From positions 992,001-1,056,000 of the forward strand of contig CAWJCS010000002.1 in the NCBI GenBank assembly GCA_963841435.1: DNA of 64,000 nt. The letters are read 5' to 3'. The stretch is from an uncultured delta proteobacterium (GTDB taxonomy: Bacteria > Myxococcota_A > Polyangia > Polyangiales > Polyangiaceae). A program made the position numbers and the translations under genes. Positions 48,174 through 57,726 of the stretch are shown piece after piece (positions within the stretch are counted from its first letter, which is position 1; each line of letters begins with the position of its first letter). The notes under the pieces are model-generated. The model was not told where the DNA came from and made no database searches. It was given only the letters and a program-made list of their open reading frames with translations.

Positions 48174-49901
48174 TCACTTGCTTTTCGTCGTCGCGGAGGT
48201 CTTCGGTGCCGCCGTGGTCTTCGGTGCCGCGGAGGTCTTCGGTGCCGCGGAGGTCTTCGGTGCCGCCGTGGTCTTCGGTGCCGCCGTGGTCTTCGGTGCC
48301 GCGGAGGTCTTCGGTGCCGCGGGGGTCTTCGGTGCCGCGGAGGTCTTCGGTGCCGCGGAGGTCTTCGGTGCCGCCGCGCCCTTCGTGGCGGTGGTCGGTG
48401 CTCCGTCGGGGGAGGGGACCTGCGCGCTCTTCGATGCGCTGGAGCTCGGGGCGAGCGGCGCCGACAAGGACGTGCCGCCCGGCAGGGTCGGCAGCGCCGA
48501 CGGCAGCCCACGGAGCGCAGGCAGGCCGGACGGGAGAGGAGGTAGGGCCAGCGCGGGAAGACCGGAGGCTCCCGGTAGCGCCGCGTTGCCGAGCTTCTCG
48601 AGCTCGTCGGGCAGGCTAGAGAGCTCGCTCGGCAAGAGCGTTTCGCCGAGTCGCTTGAGGTCGTCGAGCGTGAGCGGTTTGAGCCCACAGCCGACGCCGA
48701 TGCTGCGACCCACCTTCGCGCCCGGCAGATCGCTGGTCGTCGCGTTAACGGTGACGCGCACCGACACGGAGCCGCCCACGACCTGACGCGCCACCTTGCC
48801 GCCTTTTTGACCCACGGGGCGGCCGAGCAGGCGCCCGAGGCGCGACTCGGTGGCGGCCTGGGCGAGGGCGTCGCAAGGAAGGCTGCCCGTGAGGTCGAGC
48901 AGCACGCGCGCGTCGGCCGCGTCGCGCGTCAAGGTGCCGCCGCCGGTGAGCGAGAACTTGCCGGCGGTGACGCGCGTCTCGTGGAGCGTGATGGTGTTGC
49001 CGTCGGGGGCGAACGTGAGCGCGGTGTCGAGCGTCGTCACGTCGCCGAAGACGAAGCCGTCGATCTCCACCGGGTGCGGCGGCACATAGCCGACGAGCTC
49101 GAGATGCGCTTGCCCTCGCTCCGGCAACGCCGCCTCGCGCGAAGCAAACTCGACGACGATCGTGCCGCGGCCGCTCACGCCCTTCACGGGCAGCGGGATC
49201 GCGAAGGGCCCCGCGAGCCGTTCGAGCGGAACCGTGAGAAGCTCGAGCGTGACCTTGGGGCGCGGGACCGCGAGGTTGACCGTGACGCGCAAGGGAGCGC
49301 GCGCGAGCTCCGGATCACCGAGGCCGAGCGCGACGCTGGTCGCCGTGGCCGCCCAAGCAGCTCCGACGCGGCCGACCTCCGCCCCCGCCACGCGTGCATG
49401 CTCGGCGACGAGCGTCGTGCCCGCCGGCGAGAGCGTGACGGTCGCGTCGGCGAGCTCGAGCCAGGGAGGTTGCCCCGGGTCCGGCCGCCACGCGACGGAG
49501 ACGCGCGTCGCGCTCACGGGGAGCTGATAGGCGCTCGGGAACCGCTTCGACCAGGCGCCGATCTCGAGGTAGAGCTTCGGGAGGGAGCCGTCCGCTTCCA
49601 CGGCGAGGCCGTCGAAGTCGAGGCGCTCGAGCTCCCAGTCGGTGAGCTTCACGGCGAGCGATTCGATGCGCAGCGTGAGCCCGCTCACGCCGACGAGCCG
49701 CGCCTTGGAGTTGGCGAGCGACGCCTTCTGCCAGCCCCAACCGAGCGACCCGATCTCGAGCTCGACGCCCTGCTCGCGCGCGCGCCGGACGACCTCACGC
49801 GCGACGTAGCGGGGCACGAGCGCGAAGGCGACCGCCACGGCGAGCACGAGCACGACGAGCAGCGCCGCGCCGATCACGAGGAGCGCGCGCGTTGACTTCA
49901 C
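48174..49901 (-). CDS. Membrane-anchored beta-rich (AsmA-like) protein with AAPKT[S/T] repeat tail
   Basis: N-terminal TM anchor, extended beta-strand pattern, C-terminal repeats. Confidence 0.6.
   Translation of the reverse strand: MKSTRALLVIGAALLVVLVLAVAVAFALVPRYVAREVVRRAREQGVELEIGSLGWGWQKASLANSKARLVGVSGLTLRIESLAVKLTDWELERLDFDGLAVEADGSLPKLYLEIGAWSKRFPSAYQLPVSATRVSVAWRPDPGQPPWLELADATVTLSPAGTTLVAEHARVAGAEVGRVGAAWAATATSVALGLGDPELARAPLRVTVNLAVPRPKVTLELLTVPLERLAGPFAIPLPVKGVSGRGTIVVEFASREAALPERGQAHLELVGYVPPHPVEIDGFVFGDVTTLDTALTFAPDGNTITLHETRVTAGKFSLTGGGTLTRDAADARVLLDLTGSLPCDALAQAATESRLGRLLGRPVGQKGGKVARQVVGGSVSVRVTVNATTSDLPGAKVGRSIGVGCGLKPLTLDDLKRLGETLLPSELSSLPDELEKLGNAALPGASGLPALALPPLPSGLPALRGLPSALPTLPGGTSLSAPLAPSSSASKSAQVPSPDGAPTTATKGAAAPKTSAAPKTSAAPKTPAAPKTSAAPKTTAAPKTTAAPKTSAAPKTSAAPKTTAAPKTSATTKSK
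48193..48372. repeat. 18-bp coding tandem repeat, 10 copies
   Basis: Unit GC(G/C)G(A/T/G)GGTCTTCGGTGCC. Confidence 0.97.
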
Positions 49902-50036
49902 GCGTGAAGCCTCGCGGAAGGACGCCCGCCGCCGGGCTTTCGGGCGGGCTCATGGTCGAGCGCGCGAGCGGGGAGCACGTCGGGTTTCCGGTGCATGTGG
50001 GCTCGGCTACGCTACGCTGCTCCTGTCGCGGTCGCC

Positions 50037-50504
<468 letters not shown>

Positions 50505-50539
50505 ACGGGCACGACGCCCGCCTCCTCGTCGGCTCCTGT

Positions 50540-51040
50540 TCAGAAGTTTGCGCGCACTCCGAAAAGTGGCCGACTTCCCAGCGTATCGAGCGCGACTGCC
50601 GGTGTCAGCGTGACCTGGTTGTGCCAGAGCTCTGCCGTGACGCCGCCGCCGATCGCCAGGAGGCCACTGACCCCGAAGAGCGCGATGCCGATCGCCTGAG
50701 TGCTGCGCGCGTCGGCGACGCGCTCGTGATAGGCGGCGCAGTCCGCGGACGCGAGATCGCTGCAGAAGCCCGGCGGTCGCGCGAGCTTGAAGTCCTCGGC
50801 CTCCGCCCGCTGCGACTTCGCCTGGAACAGGCTGGCGACCCCGACTCCGAGGCTCGCGAGCGAGAGCGTGTAGAAGCCGCCGACGACGAAGAGCTTCGGC
50901 GTGGAGGGCTCACCCGGGGAAGTGCCGTAAAAGAATCGATCCGCGAACGACGACTCGGCGCGCGCGGTCGCCGAGAGCGACAGCGCGAGAAGCAACGTCA
51001 GGGCCGTCAGCGAGCGGTGCATCGCGATGCCTCGTAGCAT
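50540..51040 (-). CDS. Hypothetical exported/membrane protein
   Basis: Signal peptide, two hydrophobic segments, Cys pair, C-terminal Phe. Confidence 0.55.
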   Translation of the reverse strand: MLRGIAMHRSLTALTLLLALSLSATARAESSFADRFFYGTSPGEPSTPKLFVVGGFYTLSLASLGVGVASLFQAKSQRAEAEDFKLARPPGFCSDLASADCAAYHERVADARSTQAIGIALFGVSGLLAIGGGVTAELWHNQVTLTPAVALDTLGSRPLFGVRANF

Positions 51041-51043
51041 GGA

Positions 51044-51862
51044 TCAGAGGAAGAAATCTGGCGCGAGCTCGCCGCCCAGCGTCACGGAGTAGCCATCGAG
51101 GTCGGTGACGCCTGCTTCACGGAGCGCGTCCTCGTCGATGAAGAAGCGGCCCGTCGTCGTGCGGCTCGGCCGCGTCAGGATGGCGTAAGCAGCGTCGGCG
51201 ACGATCTCGGGGCGGCGCGAACGGGCCACGAGCGCCGCGCCACCGAGCAGGTTCTCGATGGCCGCCGTGGCGATGGCCGTGCGCGGCCAGAGTCCGTTGA
51301 CGGCGATGCCCTGCGTGCCGAGCTCCGCGGCAAGCCCCAGCACGCAGAGGCTCATGCCCACCTTCGACAGCGTGTAGGCGAGGTGCGGCGCGTACCAGCG
51401 CGGGTCGAGCGTCGGCGGCGGGCACAGCACGAGAATGTGGGGGTTCACGGCGCGCGCGAGGTGCGGGATGCAAGCGCGCGAGCAGAGGAAGGTGCCGCGC
51501 GTGTTGACGGAGTGCATCAGGTCGAAGCGCTTCATCTCCGTGGCGAGGGTGCCGGTGAGCTGGATGGCGCTCGCGTTGTTCACCAGGATGTCGATACCGC
51601 CGAAGCGCGACACCGCGGCCTCGACGGCGGCAGCGACTTGCTCCTCGGAGCGCACGTCGGCCACGCAGGCGAGCGCCTGGCCGCCGGCCGCCTCGATCTC
51701 CCGGGCCGCGTCGTGCACGGTGCCGGCGAGCTTGGGGTGGGGCGTGTCGGTCTTGCCGAGCACCACGACGTTGGCGCCGTCGCGCGCCGCACAGAGGGCG
51801 ATCGCCTTGCCGATACCCCGCGTCGCGCCCGTGACGAGTAGCGTCTTGCCAGCCAGGCTCAT
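51044..51862 (-). CDS. SDR family NAD(P)-dependent oxidoreductase (HSDL2-like)
   Basis: Motifs TGATRGIG, NNASAI, YTLSK, NGLWPRTAIATAA. Confidence 0.92.
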   Translation of the reverse strand: MSLAGKTLLVTGATRGIGKAIALCAARDGANVVVLGKTDTPHPKLAGTVHDAAREIEAAGGQALACVADVRSEEQVAAAVEAAVSRFGGIDILVNNASAIQLTGTLATEMKRFDLMHSVNTRGTFLCSRACIPHLARAVNPHILVLCPPPTLDPRWYAPHLAYTLSKVGMSLCVLGLAAELGTQGIAVNGLWPRTAIATAAIENLLGGAALVARSRRPEIVADAAYAILTRPSRTTTGRFFIDEDALREAGVTDLDGYSVTLGGELAPDFFL

Positions 51863-51882
51863 GCCGGGGCGATAATAGGACC

Positions 51883-52377
51883 GTGACCCGCCCGCGTGAA
51901 GTCAGCGTCTGCTTCGTTTGTCTGGGAAACATCTGTCGGTCGCCGACCGCGGAGGGGGTGATGCGGCACCTTTTGCGGCAGGCAGGGCTCGACGAGGCGG
52001 TCCACGTCGAGAGCGCCGGCACGGCGGGCTACCACGCGGGTGAGCCGCCCGACCGGCGCGCTCGAGCCGCCGGCGCCCGTCGCGGCATCGTCATCGACGG
52101 CGCCGCGCGGCGCTTCGAGCCTGCCGACTGGGAGCGTTTCGACTACGTGCTCGCGCTGGACCGCGCGAACTACGAGGATCTCGCTGCGACGGCTCCGCGG
52201 GGCGCCACGACCGAAAAGCTCTTCCTGCTGCGGTCGTTCGACCCGCAGTCGCCCTCGGGAGCAAACGTTCCGGACCCCTACTACGGGGGCGACGAAGGCT
52301 TCGACGAGGTCATCGATCTCTGCCTCGCGGCGTGCACCGGGCTCCTCGAGCGCATTCGACGCGAGCGCGAGCCGTGA
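51883..52377 (+). CDS. Low-molecular-weight protein-tyrosine phosphatase
   Basis: FVCLGNICRSPTAE (CX5R), SAGT, VPDPYYG. Confidence 0.95.
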   Translation: MTRPREVSVCFVCLGNICRSPTAEGVMRHLLRQAGLDEAVHVESAGTAGYHAGEPPDRRARAAGARRGIVIDGAARRFEPADWERFDYVLALDRANYEDLAATAPRGATTEKLFLLRSFDPQSPSGANVPDPYYGGDEGFDEVIDLCLAACTGLLERIRREREP

Positions 52378-53246
52378 CGGAGCTCGGCGCGCCCCTCGCC
52401 GCCGCGCTCGCGGCCGTGCTCGGTGCGCCCGTCCGTTCGGCCGAGCGCCTGGGCGGCGGGGACATCAACGACGCTTTCGGGGTACGGCTCGCCGATGGCC
52501 GCGCCATTTTCGTGAAGACGAACGCGCGGAGCCCCACGGGAATGTTCGCCGCCGAGGCGCGGGGCCTCGCGTTCCTCGCCGAGGCGGGGGCCCTGCGGGT
52601 GCCCGCGGTGCTCGCCGTGGGCGGTGCCGGAGGGCCGGATTTTTTGGCGCTCGAGCTCATCACTCCCGCGAGCCGGCGCCAGAGCTTCGACGAGGAGCTC
52701 GGCCGGGGCCTCGCGGCCCTGCACCGGACGCACGCTTCGTCGTTCGGCCTCGACCACGACAACTTCATCGGTAGCCTGCCGCAATCGAACCGTGCACATG
52801 CGCGCTGGGGCGACTTTTATCGTGACGAGCGACTCGAGCCACAGCTCGCTCGGGCCGTGGCGTCGGGGCGCGCCACGAGCGCGCTCAGACGTGGCTTCGA
52901 GCGGCTCTTCGCGAGGCTCGACGAGCTCGTGGGTCCCCCCGAGCCGCCGGCGCGCCTGCACGGCGATCTCTGGTCGGGTAATCTCCACGTTGACGACGAG
53001 GGCGCGCCGTGCCTGATCGATCCAGCGGTCTACGGCGGGCATCGCGAGGTGGATCTGGCGATGATGCGCCTGTTCGGCGGCTTCTCGGAGCGGGTCCACG
53101 CCGCCTACGCCGAGGCGTTTCCGCTCGCGCCCGGCTCGGACGAGCGCGTCGCGCTCTACCAGCTCTACCCGCTCATGGTGCACGTCAATCTGTTCGGCGG
53201 TGGCTATGCAGCCTCCGTCGAGGGCGTGCTGACGCGTTACGTTTGA
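52374..53246 (+). CDS. Fructosamine/ketosamine-3-kinase family protein
   Basis: Motifs GGGDIN, FVK, F.AEARGL, LHGDLWSGN, IDPAVYGGHREVDLAM. GTGA overlap with the PTP gene. Confidence 0.93.
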   Translation: MTELGAPLAAALAAVLGAPVRSAERLGGGDINDAFGVRLADGRAIFVKTNARSPTGMFAAEARGLAFLAEAGALRVPAVLAVGGAGGPDFLALELITPASRRQSFDEELGRGLAALHRTHASSFGLDHDNFIGSLPQSNRAHARWGDFYRDERLEPQLARAVASGRATSALRRGFERLFARLDELVGPPEPPARLHGDLWSGNLHVDDEGAPCLIDPAVYGGHREVDLAMMRLFGGFSERVHAAYAEAFPLAPGSDERVALYQLYPLMVHVNLFGGGYAASVEGVLTRYV

Positions 53247-53258
53247 GCTCGAGCGCCG

Positions 53259-53720
53259 TCAGTCGCGGCAGGCTTTGGCGGCTGCTTCGTACTTGGCGTT
53301 GGCCGTCTTCAGCGCCGCCGAGAGGATCTTGTAGTTGTCCTTGCCGAAGTAACCGTTGAACGCCTGGTCGGCCGCGTCGCGCGCGGGATCCGACGTTTTC
53401 CACGTGATCTTTTCGTAGGCGAACGAGGTGAACACCATCTCGGCTTGCTTCTCGATCTGGGAGAACGTTTTAACGTGCTCCGCCTTTTTCGCGTCGGATA
53501 GATCCTCGTACTCGAGCGACCCGTTGAGGCGGGCCGCACCGGCCTGGGACATGACGGTCTTCCAGGCGTCGGAGGCGGCGAGGCGCGCGCGCGTGCACTC
53601 TTCGCCCTTCGCGCAGCCGAGCGTACCCACGAGCGCGAGCAGCGGGACGAGCAAGTGAGCGCGCGAACGTTGCCGCGAGGGGCCCTCGGCCGATTGGACC
53701 ACGGCTGTGTGTTTTTTCAC
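53259..53720 (-). CDS. Hypothetical helical lipoprotein
   Basis: AGGAGG RBS + GTG; lipobox TLGC. Confidence 0.65.
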   Translation of the reverse strand: MKKHTAVVQSAEGPSRQRSRAHLLVPLLALVGTLGCAKGEECTRARLAASDAWKTVMSQAGAARLNGSLEYEDLSDAKKAEHVKTFSQIEKQAEMVFTSFAYEKITWKTSDPARDAADQAFNGYFGKDNYKILSAALKTANAKYEAAAKACRD

Positions 53721-53862
53721 GGGACCTCCTTCCCGCCCGGATTTCGGGGCGGCAGGCGGGATTGATTGTACCACCCGCGCGGCGCCTCGGCGCGCCCGAC
53801 AAGTCCGTATTTTTGGCGCCTCGGGGCGGCCGGTGCTCGGGCGGCGGCCGGGTCGCGGTCCG

Positions 53863-55623
53863 GTGGAGACGATTGCAGGGGCGCGCCAAATCGACGACGC
53901 TACCCCAACCCGCGGTCGCCTCTCCTCCATGCCCCCTCCCCCAAGAAATCCGCCCCCGCTCGGTCCGGGCACGGTGGTCAACGATCGCTACGAGATCCGC
54001 CAGAGTCTCGGCAAGGGAGGCATGGGTGAGGTGTTCCTGGCGTACGACCGAACCACGCAGCAGCCCGTCGCGCTCAAGGTCGTGCGTGAGGAATCGCGCA
54101 TGCCCGGCGACGACGAGGCGCTCCGTCAGGAGCTCTTGCTAGCCCGCTCGGTGAGCCACCCGAACGTCTGTCGCGTGCACGACCTCAGCCAGAGCCCCTG
54201 GGGACCCATCCTCGTGATGGAGCACATCGCGGGCCAGACGTTGCACACGCACATCCGGCGTCGCAAGGCGCAAGGGGGCTATACCGCCGACGAGTTCCGC
54301 AAGATTGCGAGCGAGTCGGCGGCGGGGCTCGCCGCGATCCACGCTCAGGGTCTCGTCCACGGTGACCTCAAGCCGGGCAACGTGATGGTGACGAGCGATC
54401 GAGCCATCATCCTGGACTTCGGCTTCGCTCAGGAGCGCGCGCGCTTGAGCGCTCGCAGGCCTGGCGCGCCGCCCGACGGCGGGACGCCCAATTACATGGC
54501 TCCGGAGCGGCTCCGCTCGGGCGGGGCGAGCCCCGAGGACGACATGTACGCGCTCGGGCTCACGCTCTGGGAAATGTGGACGTGCCGGGTCCCCGAGCCT
54601 GGCTACCGGCCGCGGGCGAAGCCCATGCGCTCGCAGATCATGTTCGACGTGCCGTCGTCGCTCTCGGTGGACGAGATCAAGCAGATTTTTCGCTGCCTCA
54701 CGGATGATCCGATCTTGCGCCCGTCGGCACGGCACCTCAGGTTCTTCAACCCCACCTCGCTCACGACCAGCCAGGTGCAGATCCCCCGCGAGCGCATCGG
54801 CCCCGGTCCCCCGCCTGGGCGTGGCGCGAGCGAGCTGTTCGTGCCCGGAGCGCAGTCGCTGCTCGTCACCTATTCGGCCAACGCGCCCGACGCGGCCGGC
54901 ACGATGTTCTCGCTCGGCAAGGCGGTGATCACGATCGGCCGCCGCGCGGGCCAGGACATCGTCATGCCCGAGCCGACCGTCTCCGGCTCGCACGCCGCGC
55001 TGCGCTGGCAAGCCGGATCCTGGTCGATCGAGGACACGGGCAGCACCAACGGCACGTTTGCCGACTACGGCTTCGACCGCAAGCAGACCATCACGCTGCT
55101 CCACGGCTCGGAGGTCCAGCTCGGCGAGTCGCGCGTGAAGCTCGTGAGCTTCGCCGAGGGGTCGCCCCAGCACGAGCGCGCGAAGGCGTACCTCTCGCGC
55201 CGCGACGGCCTCACGGGGCTGCTCTCGCGCGATCAGCTCGTCCGCTCGCTCGAGGACGATCGCGCGTTTGCCGAGTGGTCGGCGGCGCCGCTCTCGATCG
55301 CGCGCTACCAGGTGCGCGGCCCCAATCGCCACGTCAGCGATCGACCGGCAATCCTCGAGATGCTGGCGCTTCGGCGCGCGGCGCAGCGCGTCGTGGAGCT
55401 AACGGAGATGCTCCTGCTCAGCCTGGTGCCGGTCACGGGCGGGCGCACCGGGCCGCTCAAGTTCGCGATCGCGATGACGGGTCCGAGCCTCGACGAGGCG
55501 CGCAACGTCGTCGAGCAGGTCGTGTCGCAGGTCCAGGGTCTGATGCCAGAAACGCTCGATTTGGCTGCGACCATCGTGAGAGCCGAACCGGGCCAGAACG
55601 TCGCGACCCTGCTCGACGACTAG
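53863..55623 (+). CDS. Hanks-type Ser/Thr kinase + FHA domain + degenerate GGDEF-like domain
   Basis: Kinase: LGKGGMGEV, VALK, HGDLKPGN, DFG, GTPNYMAPE. FHA: IGR...VSGSHA...DTGSTNGT. Then RRDGLTGLLSR. Start at 53863 or 53929. Confidence 0.9.
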   Translation: METIAGARQIDDATPTRGRLSSMPPPPRNPPPLGPGTVVNDRYEIRQSLGKGGMGEVFLAYDRTTQQPVALKVVREESRMPGDDEALRQELLLARSVSHPNVCRVHDLSQSPWGPILVMEHIAGQTLHTHIRRRKAQGGYTADEFRKIASESAAGLAAIHAQGLVHGDLKPGNVMVTSDRAIILDFGFAQERARLSARRPGAPPDGGTPNYMAPERLRSGGASPEDDMYALGLTLWEMWTCRVPEPGYRPRAKPMRSQIMFDVPSSLSVDEIKQIFRCLTDDPILRPSARHLRFFNPTSLTTSQVQIPRERIGPGPPPGRGASELFVPGAQSLLVTYSANAPDAAGTMFSLGKAVITIGRRAGQDIVMPEPTVSGSHAALRWQAGSWSIEDTGSTNGTFADYGFDRKQTITLLHGSEVQLGESRVKLVSFAEGSPQHERAKAYLSRRDGLTGLLSRDQLVRSLEDDRAFAEWSAAPLSIARYQVRGPNRHVSDRPAILEMLALRRAAQRVVELTEMLLLSLVPVTGGRTGPLKFAIAMTGPSLDEARNVVEQVVSQVQGLMPETLDLAATIVRAEPGQNVATLLDD

Positions 55624-55680
55624 TCCTCCCCGTCGTTCTAGGCCTTGCTCGGCGACTGGTCGTCGCGCATGGTTGCCGTC

Positions 55681-56370
55681 ATGGCGCGCCCTCCGCGCTC
55701 GTCCATCCCATCGCTTTCCGGCGAGCCGCGTCTCAGGCGGCTCGGCCAGGGTTCGAGTGCCAGCCTCGATCGGCCGCTCAGGGCGCAGCTCGTCGTGGCG
55801 GGTGTCGCCGGTGTGATTCTCATGGCGGTGCCGCTCTATCTGATGCGCCGTCCGTCGGTCGCGCCCGCCGCCGGTGCCGAGCCGAGCGTGCCACCGAGCG
55901 CCCAGAAACCGGCGGTGGCACCGGTCGCGATCGACGCGGGGCCGGCGCCGCAAAAGGCGGTCGAGCGCGTGAAGCTCGCGCCGGCGCAGCGCGTGAAGTG
56001 CGGCTCCTCGCCCGCGAACTCGCGGCTCGCCGGCGGCATGTGCGACGCGCTGCCTGCCGTGGAGAAGGCGCTCGCGACGGCAGTTCAGGCCGCGGTCAAC
56101 TGCGCGCCCAAGCAGAAGGACGAGGGCACCATCAACTACGTCCTCTCCCTCGACTTCACGAAGAAGCAGTACCACGTGTTTCCCGGCGCGAGCGGCAGCT
56201 GGCGCGGGCCGCAGGCGCGGCGCAGCGCGGATTGCGTGAACCGCGTGTTTTCCGCGCCGGACTGGGCGGCGCTGCCGCACCAGTACCGCTACTATTGGCT
56301 GGCCGTGCTCGCGACCTATCCGTCGCCGTCGGCGCTCGCCTTGCCCTCGGGCACGCCGACGTTCGAGTGA
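55681..56370 (+). CDS. Hypothetical single-TM protein
   Basis: TM segment, Pro/Ala linker, 4-Cys periplasmic domain. Confidence 0.6.
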   Translation: MARPPRSSIPSLSGEPRLRRLGQGSSASLDRPLRAQLVVAGVAGVILMAVPLYLMRRPSVAPAAGAEPSVPPSAQKPAVAPVAIDAGPAPQKAVERVKLAPAQRVKCGSSPANSRLAGGMCDALPAVEKALATAVQAAVNCAPKQKDEGTINYVLSLDFTKKQYHVFPGASGSWRGPQARRSADCVNRVFSAPDWAALPHQYRYYWLAVLATYPSPSALALPSGTPTFE

Positions 56371-56975
56371 GGCGCGGGGCGCTCGTCGGGCAACTCTCCG
56401 GGCAGCACGAGCTCGCCTTCGAGCGCGACGCCCGCGACGGCGGCGCCGAGCACCGCGCGCCGTTCGGCCGCGGGTGTCCGCCGGCGTAGCTCGGCGAGGC
56501 GCTCGGAGAACCCCGCGAGATCGGCGCGGGCGAAGGCGGACTCGAAGAGCTCCCGCAAGCGGCGAGCGAGCGCCGGCGCTTCTCCCTGGCTGCCGAAGGC
56601 GGCGAACACCTTGCCAGCGCGTGCGATGGCAAGATGCGAAAAGCTGCCGACGCGCGGATCGTCCACGGCGCAGAAGAAGACGCGCTCGGCCTCGCAGGCC
56701 AGAGCGAGGCGATCGGCGAGCGCCTCGTCGCGCGTCGCCTGAACGACGAGCCAGTTGCCCGCGACGTCCTCGGCACGGGCCTCGCGAGCGGAGAGCTCGA
56801 TGACCCCGCGTTCCGAAAGCTCGCGCAGGCTTTCGTCGGGGCTCGGCGCGACGACGTGCACGCGGGCGCCGGCAGCGGCGAGCGCCTGGGCGCGCGCGGC
56901 CGCTTCCCCACCGCCTGCGACCAGAACGCGCCGCCCTGCGAGGCGGAGCGCGATGGGGAAGGCGGCGCTCGTCAC
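56316..56975 (-). CDS. Precorrin-2 dehydrogenase/sirohydrochlorin ferrochelatase (CysG N-terminal/SirC-like)
   Basis: FPIALRLAGRRVLVAGGG.AA, VHVVAP, CAVDDP, G.APALARRLRE. Confidence 0.85.
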   Translation of the reverse strand: MTSAAFPIALRLAGRRVLVAGGGEAAARAQALAAAGARVHVVAPSPDESLRELSERGVIELSAREARAEDVAGNWLVVQATRDEALADRLALACEAERVFFCAVDDPRVGSFSHLAIARAGKVFAAFGSQGEAPALARRLRELFESAFARADLAGFSERLAELRRRTPAAERRAVLGAAVAGVALEGELVLPGELPDERPAPHSNVGVPEGKASADGDG

Positions 56976-57027
56976 CCGCTTTTCGTAGCACGAAGGCGCT
57001 CGCGACGGCGGCAGGGGCGCCGGCACC

Positions 57028-57726
57028 TCAGCGCGCGCGCGCTTCCTCCTGCCGGCTGCTGAACGGCGCCGGCACCTGCGGTCGCGTTTGGAAGCGCACG
57101 TCGCGCTCGGCGTCGCCGATGCGCTGCAAAAAGAGCCCGGCAAAAGTGCTGAACAGCGCATCCCCGGGCGCCACGGTGCCCGTGCTGCTCGGACGCATCA
57201 CCCAGCGCTTGAGCTTCTGGAGCACCTCGGGGCTCACGGGGTTGATCTGGATGCTGCCCTTTACCGTGAGCGCTGCTCCGCGCGGCACCTGCGTTGCGTC
57301 GCCCGCGAGCAGCCGATGGGCCTCCGCGCAGCGCCGCAGCACGCCCTCGAGCGTCGTGGTCCAGCGCACCTGGCTCGAGCCGGGGCGCACGATCTCGACG
57401 TGGTACGCCTCCTCCCAGACGTGCCAGGTGACGCGGCAGGTCTGGGTGGTGCTCGAGAGCGGCTCGCTCGCTCCAGCGCGCTGCACCGTCGCCGCCAGCA
57501 CGATCGTCGTGGGCAACCCGCGGCTCAGCTTGGTCTTGATGCTGCTGTCGAGCACGTCGCGAAAGCCCAAATCGAGATAGAGGAGGTTGTGATCGGTGTC
57601 CCACTCGAGCTTCGCGTCGCGCTGCACGATGGGCGGCGCCTCCTGCGCCGAAGCAGCGCTCGACACCAAAAAGGGTGCCGCGACGGCGAGCGCGAACCAC
57701 AGCCAGGCGGCAAGCCGCCTATTCAC
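57028..57726 (-). CDS. DUF4390-like exported protein
   Basis: Signal peptide; KLSRGLPTTIV, CRVTWHVWEEAYHV. Confidence 0.6.
   Translation of the reverse strand: MNRRLAAWLWFALAVAAPFLVSSAASAQEAPPIVQRDAKLEWDTDHNLLYLDLGFRDVLDSSIKTKLSRGLPTTIVLAATVQRAGASEPLSSTTQTCRVTWHVWEEAYHVEIVRPGSSQVRWTTTLEGVLRRCAEAHRLLAGDATQVPRGAALTVKGSIQINPVSPEVLQKLKRWVMRPSSTGTVAPGDALFSTFAGLFLQRIGDAERDVRFQTRPQVPAPFSSRQEEARAR

Noticed and set aside
48193-48372. Possible CRISPR or iteron array
   Set aside because: Head-to-tail 18-bp in-frame coding repeat without unique spacers.
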